Assembly: GCF_006345805.1 (NCBI RefSeq)
Contig: NW_021834582.1
Span: 22,148-86,147 of the forward strand
DNA: 64,000 bases
Reading direction: 5' to 3'
DNA from: Octopus sinensis
Lineage: Eukaryota
The translations under genes and the position numbers were made by a program. The notes under the pieces were generated by a model, which saw only the letters and a list, made by a program, of their open reading frames with translations, was not told the origin of the DNA and searched no databases. Below, piece by piece: positions 25,126 to 40,421 of this stretch (the first letter of the stretch is position 1; each line of letters opens with the position of its first letter).

Positions 25126-26324
25126 ATGAATTCTAATAAAGAATTATCAAAGTTCAAAAAACTAACAAGAAAAATTAGAAATGATCGAATAAGTTGAATC
25201 GAATTAATAATAATTTTAAGATGAATATTTTAAACAGCAAACCCTGCCTTCAAAAAAATATTTGCTCACGTTGTTCCGTCTTGGGAATATTTTATTAATA
25301 AGTTCTATTTTTTGTTTTATTCTTGGATCAGTACTTCTTTACATTAATTTAAATGTAAATACTATATTTTCATATAGAGCAGCTTGTAGAAATGATATTT
25401 GAATATACAGGTTGCAGAGATAATACCACAAAAATTAATTGTGGTCATTTTCGTCAAATAAACAGAACGGACAAATCATCATGTACATGTTATATATATT
25501 TTAATTTACAGCACAAAATGAATGTATGATTAAATTTGTTTTGTTCTAGAAAAATGTATATATTTACTACATTTTGAGCAACTACAATCAAAACCATCGA
25601 TTGTATGCAAGCTCTGTGAATTGGAAACAATTGAGTGGGTCGACCGGGAATATTGGAAGTGAATGTGAACCATATCGGCTAAATCCGGCGGGATTAGAGT
25701 ATGCCCCGTGTGGAATAATAGCAAACAGTTTATTTAACGGCATTTATACATTATTTATCAACTTATAGATTCCATAACTCTCGAAAAAGAAAGCAATTTC
25801 ACATATCACGAGGTCCCCTTGATAAAAACAGGGATTGCATGGAATTATGATAAAGAAAAATTCAAAAACCCAGCACGTTTGTTGAAATACTAATTATAGA
25901 ATGGAATAATACAATTCATCCTCCCAATTGGCTTAAAAATGTGTGGGAACTTGATTCTAATGATTCCTCTAATAATGGATACGAAAATGAAGATCTTATT
26001 GTGTGGATCAAAGTATCCGCCACTCAGAATTCTAAAAAATTTTATCGCCGTGTAAATCATAGCGTTAATACTTTCACAAATGGACTTCCTGTTGGAATGT
26101 ATCGGTTCAGAATTGAATACAGTATTGTATTTGTACCAAATATTTTAGATTATCCTGTACTTTTATTTCATGGTTCTAAAAAGTTGGTGTTAACAAACAC
26201 AAGTTTTTTTGGTGCTCGGAGATTGTTTTTACCAATCATATTTTTAGTATTGGGAGTAATTACTCTTATATTGTCATTTATTATATATTCTTTGAATTAT
26301 GGAATAAATAAAACATTTTCTTAA
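25126..26324 (+). CDS. TMEM30A: CDC50/LEM3 family P4-ATPase flippase beta subunit (TMEM30-like), multi-exon
   Basis: YFKQQTLP plus first TM; LSNYNQNHRLYASS; YAPCGIIANSLFN; NNGYENEDLIVWIKVSA; C-terminal TM FFGARRLFLPIIFLVLG. Confidence 0.88.
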
Positions 26325-26472
26325 TCTCAAATAAAGTTGTTCAAATCATTCAATTTTGACCAGTAGCTAAATTATGATAAAGGACTCTGACTCAGAAAAG
26401 CGGATTATCAAAGTCAAACGAATCTAATTAATGATTTATTGTTAAATTTGTGTATGTTAGAATATTAATTTT

Positions 26473-29400
26473 TTATTTATATTCATTCAACCAAATGACC
26501 TTAGCCTTTATCGGCAAATACAATTTTCTGAATTCGTCGACTATTTCCAGTTTGAAATTTACACAATCCTCGTCGACAAACTCTTCCAATTTAATATAAA
26601 TTTTTACTTCTTTACTCAGTCCAGGGAATATCTAAATATATTAAAATTATCATACAATTCCGCGAGGATAGGAGACATAAATTCCAGTATTCTTAGGAGG
26701 GGGAATAACTTTAAATCGCAAAATGTCAGTCCCACTATTAATAGCAAATACAGTCCTGCTGTATTCTATTCCATACGCGATGGTGCCAAAATCAATCAAA
26801 TTCTTTGATATACGGAGACCTTGCATGTCCAAGAGATTTTCCGGAGTAAATGAACCAATCGTAGAAATATTTTTAGTTCTAAGAACAATATCTTCTTTCT
26901 TTATAAATTAATATTCATATACGAAAATTACTTTTTTGTAATCGACAGTTTCATCAGGCCTGCCGTAGTTAAAATAGTGTGGAAGTGGGATATTAGTATT
27001 TACACATTTTTGGTGATAATAATCAGATTTAGTTACATTAGTATTCTCCTTGTTAATAAATACTTTTTCTTTCATTTATTTAATAATAGTTTACCAGAAC
27101 AAATCTTAATACTCTCCGGATCTTGGATAGTTTGACTCATATCAATTTGGTTTAAACTCTCTTGGTAATTAGATAAATTCTTCTTTGATTTAATTTTCAC
27201 TTTTTCTTTAGTTGAATGATTTAATAATTGAATTCCATTTGAACTCTTAATTGTCAAAATACATAAATCACCTTTTGGAGCATTTCTAGTGAATATTCGT
27301 TCTCAAAAAATGTAGGAATAATTCTATTTTTAAGAATTTCTAAATTTCTTTTTTCCAATATTTTTTCTAGATCTGACATTATTTGAAATAACCAATCCCA
27401 ATAGTGCACTCTTTCTCAACAATGTTAATTTGATTTTTATTTTGAGGACTGTCTTTGAAGTCATTATTCTCAATTTGAGAATCATCTTGTAGAGATTGTT
27501 TTGGCAATTTCTGAAGCGTCCTCATTAATTTGACCCTCTGAGCAATTTCAGTTTGTTCTTGGTCTTCGTCAATCTTCGATAAGCCAAATGAATCTCCTTC
27601 CTCGTAAGACTGTTGGAGATATATTCCAATCACTTCTTTAAACCTTTTAAAAGCAAATAAATAATTATTGATACTTTTTAAGTAATTTATCAGTCAGATC
27701 TTCATTTATGACCAACCTTTTTACTTGCACTGCCTGGGGAGACTTGTCAGTTTCAAATACTATGTCTTCATTAAAACTATTTTGAGGCCAATTCTTAAAG
27801 TCCCGATCACGTAGTCCAGGAGGAATTATTTTAGTGGGAGGCATAATTTCCCCAACAAACAGAGGTTTATGGACAGTCAAAAAATATGACCCTAAAATAA
27901 ACAGAAATAAAGAGACCAGGGATATTTTCAATGTCATTTCTGTATATTTGAGAATTAGCATCCATCTGAGAAATGAATTCTTCCACTTCAGAATAACGAA
28001 TTACTTCATGTCCTGACCCATCTGATTTAACAACAAAATATCGTCTGAGAGGAGAAGGAAAATCGTCCTAAAATCACCAATTTTAACAAATAAACAGATT
28101 CAGGACTCATAAATCCTGCTAGTCTATCGACATGACATTCTCCTTCAGAATTTATAGAAAATACGTTCTTATCAGAGTCCACAACCTTGGCCAAGTCACA
28201 TTCGTGAGAACAAAAAAAGGTATAAATGCATTCTGACTGAACAAATGGTGTTTCTTTGACAAATGAATAAAATATTTCTCCGTCTGGACTAATTCGCAAA
28301 CAATCTCTTCCATTTTGAAGACTGTATCCATCATTGAAAGTGTGAGTGAGCAAACTTTTGTCAGGAAATCTTAATATGAATTCATTAAACTAACATGGAC
28401 ATCAGACTATTGGTTTGTTGGTTAAATAAGACTGTTGCGTAATCTGGGTGTTCAAACTTGACGAATTTCACCAAATCGCTATCACCCTCAAAGATTTCAG
28501 TATATGATGTAATCCTCGTCTTGTCTGGGAACTCAGAAATACACGTTCCGTCTGGAAAATTTATAATTACAGTCCCGTCTTCACGCGTTGTCATTTTCTG
28601 AATTATTATGTAATAATTAATGATAACTTGTCCACTTTCGGGGTCGGTCACTTCATGGATGGCCAATTTTGTAAATGAAGGAGGACTGTCGTTTGAGAAT
28701 GAGACAATTTTGTCCCCATTAACACTCGTCGCTGTCCATTCTGTGATTGTTTCATAAGTTATGTTCTCTGTCGGTTCGTTCTGGATATTCTTACGCTTTG
28801 AAGATGCTAATTTTATAAGAATCATTTAGTCACATTTCTGCAAGCTTAATTTTCTGCCCTCTGTCTCCTTGACTACTTTCGGAATCGCGATTTGTATTTC
28901 TTTTTTTAAATAAATATTTCCTTGTAGTTCATAAAACTAATAATTCACTTATATTTAAATAGTCACCGTCATTTCTCCATTTTTATACTTTTTTGTTAAA
29001 TTCCACTTTTATAAAATATTCTTTCGTATTCTCCATTTTGATTTGATAAATTACTATTCAAATTGATTTTTGGAAAAATGGTTTGTCTCACAAAAATTGA
29101 TTTTGATTGATCCTGTTCAACTTTAAAAGATAATCCAGTTTTTGTAGAAGCACAGAGTTGTATAAAATTGGCTGATTCTTTGAAAGATTTTTCTGAATTA
29201 TTTGAGTTTATTTTTTCCTTTATTTTAATTACTGAATAGAAAAACCTCAAAATTCTCTATTTGTGCATCGTCTATACTCAGCATCTCGTTATTAGAATTG
29301 TCTATTTGTACTAAATAATGCTTATTTATGAATACAGGAATTATCACAAGGAACAGATATTTGATCAGATTTGACTGCAATATTCAATCCGTTAGACAAA

Positions 29401-32352
29401 AGAGCAGTAAAAATCCGTTCATCTAATTGACTGGATGAACTTTTATAAGCTGATTCATCTTTATTTATAATGAATATATTGTCGTTCACATTTACAGAGA
29501 CGTTTATCATTCTATTTCCTTAGAAAAAGTAAATTAAATAGTTTTGAACCCATCAAATGTTCCTCGACGACAATCTTGATATTCCCTCCGTCGACTGGAT
29601 ACCAGTTGGATGTTGAACGGGTCACACTAATAAGATGGTTTCCAAAATCATATCCGTTGAACTATTAAAATAGAAATTAATCATATAGTGTTAAAATTTT
29701 ATCGATTATACAAATACCATTAAAGATTTTATTTCTGACTCGTTGTTTTCTTTGACTAAATTTTCAAAGTTTTCGGGGACATTTAGATTTGCACAGCTGC
29801 TAAATTTTTGACTTTTTTTACGCTATATTTATAATCTATAGGAAGAACAACTTTTCCAGAATTTTGATTCTCATGAAGGTCATTATTTTTTAACGATAAA
29901 GATTTAAGTGAATCTTGACAAACATACGATTCTGTTATTAGTCGTTCAGTACTTCTACATACTGTCTATATTACATTATTGATATACTTTTGGACGATTC
30001 CCTTGACAGCTTTTCCATTTGCATTTTTTCTGCTAATTTGAGTTCTCTATGACGAGCCTTGACTGTTTCCATCCACGGGGATATTTCTTCTGATACGTGC
30101 TCAACGTAATTTCTGTTTATTTTTAGCGATTAACTTGAGACCTTAATCCGACACGAGTATGTAACCAAAAATCACAACAGTCGTAACTAAACATTTCTTG
30201 ATTGAATGGAGCACTAAACACCACCAGTGTGCTTCCATCAGTTCTGCATTCGTGTTTATCAATTACAGGCATTTGCTGTACTAATTCACTGAATATCTAA
30301 AATATAATCTATGATTATAAACCTGCATTAAAGTATATCTGTCATATAACTCACTACAGCAATGTGAACTGAGGTTTCGTTTTCTGTACTTCTCTACTAA
30401 ATCAGTTTCTTCCTCTCCGCTCAAACTGGTCACAAACTTCACGACTGATCATTTTAATCAATATTATTGTAATACTTGAATTCTTTGAACTTTGTCTTGA
30501 GTTTTGATTCTTTAAGTTTGTAAAAATATCGTCCCAAAAAAATGTTCTTTTAAATCCTTCACTGGATACCTTAACTAGGCGACCCGAAGGGTCCACTGAT
30601 GATAAATTCATTGATTCAAACATTAGCTGTTTTAATAATCTGTCAGCTTCTGTAATATAAACTTTTTATTCAAAATCACCATAAGAACTGATGTTTTTGT
30701 CTTCAAACAATTCAAAAAGTCTTTGGGTTCGATTTAAGGTTTCCAATGAAATTTGTGTCGATTTTGGAAATAGCACTTGGCACTCGGGCAGTAGTGAAAG
30801 AATTGAGAATTCTGCTTCTCGAATTGCTTCAGTGTCCACTTTGTAAGTGGAAGGTACTTTAGCTTTGAATCATCTCCGTAGTTTATAATTTCCGGTGAAT
30901 GGAGTGCTTTTTTCTCAAATTTAATTTCGGGTGAAATGTGCTGCCTTAAACTCTTAAAATTAGATTTTATCTTCTAACTTGAATTTCAGACTCATTTAAG
31001 CCTAATTTTTTTGTTAATGATTCAATTTTATTTGCAGTATCAATGTCAAATAATCTTTTTTCGCGATTATTATTGTAGGCTTCTCTCGGTGATATGTCAT
31101 TTTCCAAATCCAGAACTACCTAATTAAATGAATCTTTTCAATATACATGTTCAACAATGCAGTGAATCATGTAAGGGATGCTCACAGAATCGACAGGGAG
31201 CGGCTCGAGTAGTTCGGAGTAAAATGGAAATGTATTTGAAACATTATCATCTTAATATGTTTATATAATTACCTGTGACCGTTATATATTTAATATTATT
31301 CAAATATTGTTTATGCTCCCATTCAAGGTCGATTATTCGATAAATCAACTCTGCGACTTGATCAAAAATATTATTAAATATTTCCTATTAATTTTATACA
31401 AATAGAATTAACTTTCAGGTCAATCTCATCTTTGTTCAAAAACAAACTTTCTTCGATCGTATAATCAAATCTTAATGTGTCCTTTATGATAGATTCAGAT
31501 TCATTTTTGTCAAAATAGTCGTTTAAATCATGCCAAAAATTGTCCAGCATTTGGTTTTCCTGATCGATCATTTCTGGAGACGGTGGATTGAGGAATTTTG
31601 TGGCGCATGCAATCACTTGGTTAGCAGTTGTTTGCGACTCAGGAGTGATCTTTAAAACAAGATCTACAGAGATTCCTAATTCTGTCAATTTTTTTATCAG
31701 TTGGACATTTTCCATTCCTTGTATGAAAATGTAATGAATACGACCATCAACAGGTTCGTCATCTGGGAATTGTTAAAATAATTTACTAACCGACAGTTTT
31801 TATTTCACCCCCTTCTTCCCCTCGTTTTTTAAGAGTTGTCCCTGATTTTGGAGGCGTACTCTCGACGGTTTTTGTGCCACCTTTTTTCGCTGAACCTTTT
31901 CCTTTTGGTTTATCTTTCGGCTTTTGGACAGCCTAAAAATTATTTGAATTATTCTCGCCTTTTTATCTGATGTACTTTGTATTTCTTTTTGCGACAAGAT
32001 TTGTGAAATACATTCTGATATAATCGAAGCTTGTGTTTCTATTAAAGCTTCATTATCTGGAAGCTCTCCCGTTGTGTTAATTTCCTTTACGGTTTTCATT
32101 CCCTGTTGTGTCATTTTGATCTGAAATAAATTTTAATTTTTACATTTTTTAATATTTCTTCTTTAGTGATTGCTGTAAAAAGCTTTCTTCGTTTTTGGTT
32201 TACTGAAATGCATAGCTGTTTGACTATATCGTTGTTTTCGGCTTTATTTGGAGTAACAAATATTATCATCGGTTTGTTAATTTCCTGAAATGTAATTTTC
32301 GTAATACATTTAAAATTTCTGTTTTTATTAATGACTTTTTCCTTGTAACCAT
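26473..32352 (-). CDS. SPAG17: SPAG17/PF6-like ciliary central-pair projection protein, many short exons
   Basis: N-terminal KPMIIFVTPNKAENNDIVKQLCISVNQKRRKLFTAITKEEIL; central IHEVTDPESGQV|TTREDGTVIINFPDGTCISEFPDKTRIT...FEHPDYATV; C-terminal IDFGTIAYG...RFKVIPPPKNTGIYVSYPRG. All three resemble SPAG17 segments as I recall them. Ends approximate. Confidence 0.75.
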
Positions 32353-32519
32353 TATTAGTGCTGTAAGCTAGCAACAGTGCCAATAAATATAAAAAAATTA
32401 AATATAAAGTTTTTTCCACTTTTTGAAATCTGGTATTAAATAGCTTTTAGACTTACTGCTTATATCAATAACAAAATATTGTTAAATAAATGTTTAGGGT
32501 GTCATATTTTCTTATATAT

Positions 32520-33500
32520 TTAAAAGTCGTCATTTAAATCCTCCCGACCAATGTCTACTTGTTTATTATCCTTGAGAACTGCGAAGAACAATATTGAATA
32601 AGATATTATGCAAGTTAAAACTGAAAGTATAATGCTCAAAGTCGTCTCCATATAATCTATAATAACCAGAACAGTCATCAACTGCAATTTTCATCACTTC
32701 CATCAGGACAGTTGTTTATCCCATCACAGTGATTATGACTAAATATACAAGAAATTTTATTTTTGCATTGGAAATCTTCAAATCCCCTACATTCTCCTTA
32801 ATTTTAGTGTTTATGTAGAAAACCTGTTCGAAACGGCGTTATTATAAGCCGGAATCCACGACTGAATTTAGAGCCGTGTTTGCTTGTAAATGTAATCTTG
32901 AGATTTCCGTTTTTAGTCATCAATCCATGCCTCATTATGGAATGTCCACAGAGTACTCGGAATTATTTATATAAGGAATTCTTTACCAGAACTGTTAATA
33001 TCTCCGTCTGTTAGTTGTAGGAATTCATCACTGATTGTAGCCCCGCAAAAGTTAGAATCGGAATTGAGGTCGATAAATTCGATATTTATGATAAATCTAA
33101 TATCGAGTGGCATTTCTGAAATAATCATGAGGACACATGAAATATTCTTAGAATTTTTTGGAAAATATATACAGTGGGGGAATATCCAGAATTATATGAG
33201 TAAAGAACATCGAGGGAATCAGTGTAGGAAAGAGATATCGTTGAATCACAGGCTTTATTCATATAAACTGTAATTATCCAATAAATGATTAAAAATACCA
33301 ATTTTATGATCCTTAATTGTAAATATCCACCTTATCAACAGGACTAAAGGGATCAAAATCATTTTAAATTATCGGAACAACAATCAAATATATCGACAAA
33401 ACAACATATGCGGCCGTTACCTTGATGTCAATAATTCAATTCTGACAACTCAATGATAAATTATGGCAATTAACATCACGATTGAAAGAGACAGGATTAC
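32520..33500 (-). CDS. CUB + LDL-receptor class A domain type I membrane protein
   Basis: LCGHSIMRHGLMTKNGNLKITFTS...GFRLIITPF (CUB-like); ECRGFEDFQCKNKISCIFSHNHCDGINNCPDGSDENC (LDLa); a 26-nt intron, then TM LSIILSVLTCIISYSILFFAVL and a short tail. Start uncertain. Confidence 0.7.
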
Positions 33501-33578
33501 TCATCACACCTAATAAAGAATAATATATACGAAATAAGACGGGAAAATATCAGAAATTAAAGTATTAATTAAAATAGA

Positions 33579-34766
<1,188 letters not shown>

Positions 34767-37065
34767 TTAGGAACTTTTAATAGCACTTGATTGTCGGTAA
34801 ATTATATTTATTGACAGAGATTTATTCATGTATTAAAAATAATTTAACTATATAAATTAATTAGAAAATGATATTACTACCATATATTTTTTAGTATTTA
34901 TATAACTTAATTCAGAAGAGAGAAGTTATAGATTAGTATCATGGTCTTTTCTGCGTAATTTATATTATATAAACATGTAATCCAATTTTCTTTACTCTTC
35001 AATTTGGATTTATCGATTTATATTAAATTCCAGATAATCGATTAGATTGTATGTTATCAGGCAACCATAAAAACCAATTGTTGCTGAATTACAGCCTAAA
35101 ACTTGTCGATTAATTTCATTGATATTCTGTTAAGTACTTAGTTATTAAATATAAGATGCTCCGACAGGTCCTTTAGACACAAGAAGATTAACGATTTTGT
35201 CACTCGATTTAAAGTCAGTCCAGATAGAAAAAGACCAGATAGCATAATTGTTTCCCATGGTCAGTCATGAAAGAAGAGTTGCTGATCCCTCAAAGTCCAT
35301 GAAATATGATTGTAAATGTAAGAATAGAACAAAAGCGCATTACAGCGATGTAATAAAATGGCCAATATTTTGATAATTTTAAGACTGCAAAGAAAAGCAT
35401 CTCGGGTTTGGCTACAGCGTAAATAGGCGACTTATTTCTAAGGAAGAGATTTGCTTTAATGTGGATCTAATATGTATCATAAAAATGTGCCATTTCATTG
35501 AGCATTTGAAACCTCAGTCGTAACAGATAATCCCATCACAGCTTTTATTATTGACCTCTATTAATAGCTTAGTGGAAAATAAGTTCAAGGCTATTTAAAG
35601 GAGGTTCTCTCGGGTTTAAATCAGCATTACCTCGAAGAATGCTCAGATAATTTTTTTTAGAAAATCACGTGATTTTAATTTAAATTAATTGATCATATCT
35701 GTCCATCTGTGACTCGTTTACATAAATTTTTACGTTGTATAATTTGTTCGAGATTTACAATCAAAAACGCTTAATATGAAATATGAATTGCCTAGACAAT
35801 TTTAGTTTAGTTTCCAACAAATTTCCTACCCTCTCAGAGTCATGAAAAATTAACATTTTATTTAACAAATGTTTAAGAAGATAATGAGATAATATTGTTA
35901 AAAGATTTCTATAAAAGAATGATTTTCAAAATTTTATAGCAAGAAAATCTTTTCAAATTTTATTCAAAACTTCAAATACATGTCAAAAAAACAGTTTTCT
36001 TAGTTAAATCTGTTTTATTGTTCTTTTTAATTTTAAGATAAATAAATTTTATTGCTAAAAAGAATTTTACCATGGTTTTAATAACAATCAAAATGATTTT
36101 GATTGAGGCCCTAATTCTACTAGTGAGAATTCAATTCAAACATATTTCACTGATGAGTATTCAGACTGTTTCTTTGATATTGTTCTAAACGTTAGATTTC
36201 GATATTAGACGTAGTACTCACGCTAAAACCAAATAATGGGTTAAATTCTACAGTTATTAAACAGTACGAATAGAAATAAATTTATAGAAACCAATCAAAT
36301 TTTATAATTCCCCACATGGTACTGTTAACTAGTCAATAATAAAATGTTATGTATAAAAAATTATTACAATTTAAAATTACAAAGTCTTATGTTATCGAAA
36401 TCGTATTTTCATTAAGTTATCCTAGTTTTTCAATTATAGAGTGGATAGCAATCAGTTGAAATCTTGATTATCCATTTTTTTGTTGAATAAATTGTTCTTT
36501 AATAAAAGTCTGGTAGACATAGATTATTAAATACAAATATTGGTATAAAATGATTTTGGTTTATTTTAGCCTTCTAATTCTATCAAAGATGACCAGATCA
36601 AAAAGATTAACAATCTATTTTTGAAGTTTAAAGAAGTTAATATGTGAGATTAATTGTTGAAATTTCATATTTTTAATATTATTAAATTTGACATTGCTAA
36701 AAACCTTCTCAGTTCTGATGGAACCCACCCTTATTGCCAATTCATTAACTCAAAAAACAACCAATGCTAAAATACTCAATAAATATCACAAATTTTGTAT
36801 TCATTATGTTTTCTGACATGATACAGGGGAAGACCTCAAATTGATTTTTTTACTCCATAAACATATTCTTTTAACAATCTCAATATAAGTAAAAGAATAA
36901 TTCGTATCATATAATTTTTTCCGCCTATTTATTTTTCATTCAAAATCCAAAGTGTGTTCCTACAGCACTGAGGATCTTTTTAGCACTGTAACATTTAAAT
37001 TAGTTTATTAATAAAGAAGTTCGATAGTTTTATTTTTTCAAATGTAAAAATATTGTATTTATAAA

Positions 37066-38320
37066 TTAATTATCTGGATGAGTTGCCAACCAGTATGTCT
37101 CCAAATAGCTGCACATATGGTTTCCCGCCTCCTCCAATTCATTCTCAATTAGGACTACGTCAAACATCTATAAATACATCTGTTACTCTAACCTCACTAC
37201 TCCCATTTAATTTTTCTGCTGCAACTAACTGTGCTCCCAAATGTTTTTTTTCAGATTTTCCACGAGATTTTATAAGTTTTTGGAGAACTTTCTGCGAATC
37301 TATTTTTATTTGTATTTGAATGGGGGCTAGTGGAGTCCTCATAAGTTGTGATGGGTAATTGATGTGAGGACAATCCACCAGTACCAACTGAAGCAGTTTG
37401 GCTACTTCAAATATTCCCTCTACTTCTCTCTGCACTTCTGACATTCCTAAAAGTAACTTATTTCAAACATACTATCACCGCCCTTTGTTTGAGTTTTTGC
37501 CAATGACAGATCGACATTAATTCGTTTAGTGACTATTCTAAACTTTTATCGCATACAGTCAAAACCTGCCTTCAAACCTTCTTTGCACGTGATCTATCAA
37601 AGCCTTTTGCATTAATTCTGTCACAGCATAGCAACGAAGAGAAGGCCCGAGTATGAATATTGGTCTCATCGCAGGGACTATTTCATATGGAGGAGTATTT
37701 TCGGACTACTCTTACTGGATTTATTTTACTTTTTTGAAAAAATATTTCCATATATTTCGAGAATTGATTAGTTTATTGTATTCTTGATTTCCGTGGTCTT
37801 CATCTACTATTTTATTTGTATCCTTCATTCTAAAAATTAGCCTTTGTTCATACTTTGTAAATTTAGTTTTTAATGTCATATTTTGTTGTAGTCTTATCTT
37901 TTCTATCCTTTGGGGACTGGGAACAAATCCCACCTTTGCCCCTTCTTTGACTAACCGACCTGCCCACCATTCATCGTTGATTTTCTGGTTTAAATTAACT
38001 TAGTTTTCACCTCTTTTATGTGAATAAACTCAAGTGAACGAAAAGAGACCGCTTTATCTCTCACTGGAACTCCTTCGTCCAAACTTGAGTCGTAGCTGAC
38101 TTTTGTTATAACAGCAAATGCCACAGGTTTTGTCTTTTCGATAAAAATTGATAGTAACCTGACATTCTCTGAGTATTTGGAGATAAGATTTTTTGTTTGT
38201 TTTATTTTTGAGAGTATTTTGGAAAATTTGGGATATTTCTAGCGCACGATTTTTCTTTCTCAAAGTTGAATCACTCGGCTGAAGTTTGCTGATATCATTT
38301 ATGGACTCTTCATTGTTCAT
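37066..38320 (-). CDS. CACNB: Voltage-gated calcium channel beta subunit (SH3-HOOK-GK), multi-exon
   Basis: Spliced [15 protein letters not shown]...FIHIKE|[24 protein letters not shown]; [19 protein letters not shown]...ELMQKAL; [22 protein letters not shown]; [12 protein letters not shown]; [30 protein letters not shown]. Confidence 0.92.
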
Positions 38321-39350
38321 TATAATTTGTATTCTTACTTTAATATTTATAAATATACTTGCGAATGTTAAGATTCGTGACGATAATATTAATTACTATT
38401 GATTTCTATATTCCATGATCAATACCAATATGTCACTACTTTATATACTTCAAATTAAAAAAAAATAACCGACGTTAAAATCTGGTTTTGTACAATATCG
38501 TAGTAAAAGTTCTAGTTCTAAAAGTTCTATTTAGAACTAATTATTTTTACTTTCAATTCTACTACATGTTTGATTCTCGTTAAAAAATGTTCAGTAAACA
38601 GCTCAATTTTTATTTTATTATTATGTCACAGGCGCTGGGCGTTACCGAGCGCTACGGGATACCCGAATCGACTTAGAAAATAATCAAGAAAAAATACTTG
38701 AAATTTTATTTTCAAATAATAATAAAATCAAATTAACAACGTCAGGAAGTGAGCGGCCAAAAGATTAAATGTAAATTTAAATGACGTGACTTCAAAATCA
38801 AATGTTAATGAAAACCTGCTTGCTCATTTTGCCCAAAAGCAATGTCGGCACAGTTTTCATCATTTAGTGTTTCTTCACAATCTAAAAAATTTTTATTTAT
38901 CTCATTTAAACTACCAATATCTCTATTAATCTCAATGCTGTTGAATCCATTGATCCCACGATATTTGTAAAATGGAGTATTGCCTTAAAATATTTTTTAA
39001 ATGTTACCTGTTGAGGAATGGGTAGACAGATTATAAAAATACACTTCTTCCTTTATGTTCTTTGTCCAACACTTATCTTCGGACATCATCTTAGATAATG
39101 ATCTTGTGATTGTCTGATTGAAGTGTTCAATAATTCCCTGGCTCCTTAGATTGTTAGGTCTACTATGAATTTGCTGAACATTGAAGCGATCACATGATGC
39201 TCTAACATAGGAATTTTTAAATTCCGTTCCATTGTCAGAATGCAAGAATCGGCATGGTCCAAAATCAAAAAAAAATTTCTTTAAGATTTTCTGCAACTTC
39301 ACTTCCACTCTTAGTTTTCAAATTTTTTGTGAATCCATATTTTGGATATA

Positions 39351-39886
39351 CAGTGCGACCTCGAATTGGGGAAACTTTTCCCCAATTTTAAGGTTTTTCC
39401 AAAAAAAGGTTTTTCATTAAATTTAGGTCTCTCCTGTTTGATATCCTACCTTAATAATATAACCGAGACGAATAACTACAATTTTTATTTTTTAATAAAA
39501 AAATCAGTTAATTTAATCGAGTTTTTTGTTTTTTTCGCATTGAACTCATAATATTTGCTTTGAATCTGAATACATCAAGTACATTTTCCGAAGTCTCTTG
39601 CTTAATAACATTTAGCAACATTGTGAATGCGCATTCCGCATTGTTTATAACTTTACAAATTATTGATTACAAATTTGGAAAAACAGGTTACAATAAATAA
39701 TAATAAATCAAAAGTTATACAAATATATTAATGAATCGTTTATGATAATATAAAATTTTTCTCTAGTAGGGGGTTTATTTCATCGTATTTTATAGGGATG
39801 GCGAAAATATTTCCACAAAAGCAAGGTTTTCCCCAAAAAAGAGGGTTCCCCCGCTACTTGGTTTTTTCCAATCCGGGGTCGCACTG
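39351..39886. mobile_element. pogo/Tigger-type MITE (536 bp)
   Basis: TIRs cagtgcgacctcgaattgg / ccaatccggggtcgcactg with TA duplication; excision restores the integrase frame. Confidence 0.85.
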
Positions 39887-40070
39887 TAGATCAATGAACG
39901 TGAGAAGCCATTTAATAGATTGGTTTTTTTTACTAAACCTTGAATTTATTTAATACTAAAGTCTTACCTTTTGAGATCAATCAGATCTATCTGAAATCTC
40001 TCATTTGGTTGCAACGCTATTATGTGATTTTCAGGATCAACTATTTTTAATGGTGTCGCAAATCGACATA

Positions 40071-40421
40071 CAGTAAACATCGGTTAATTGCATAACATTT
40101 GTCCACGAAAAATCTTATGCAATTAACCGATATATGCAATTAATCGATGTTTTAATAAAAATCAATAATTTTTTTAATAGTCAAGAAAAGAAAATAATCA
40201 AAAACGTTTAAAAAAATCATTAATTTTGGACTGTCTAGTCTTCGGCAAAGGCGTAGGACGCTTTTTTCTAGTTCATAGAAGTTGTCCATATGCAATTAAC
40301 CGATATGCAATTAGCCGATATTTTTTCAATGGAAACCATATAAGTTATGGTTTTAAACATGAATTTATGCCATTAACCGATTTATGCAATTAACCGATAT
40401 GCAATTAACCGATGTTTACTG
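40071..40421. mobile_element. pogo/Tigger-type MITE (351 bp) with internal tatgcaattaaccga motifs
   Basis: 24-bp perfect TIR cagtaaacatcggttaattgcata / tatgcaattaaccgatgtttactg; TA duplication; splits the ECD|ICR codons of the integrase. Confidence 0.9.
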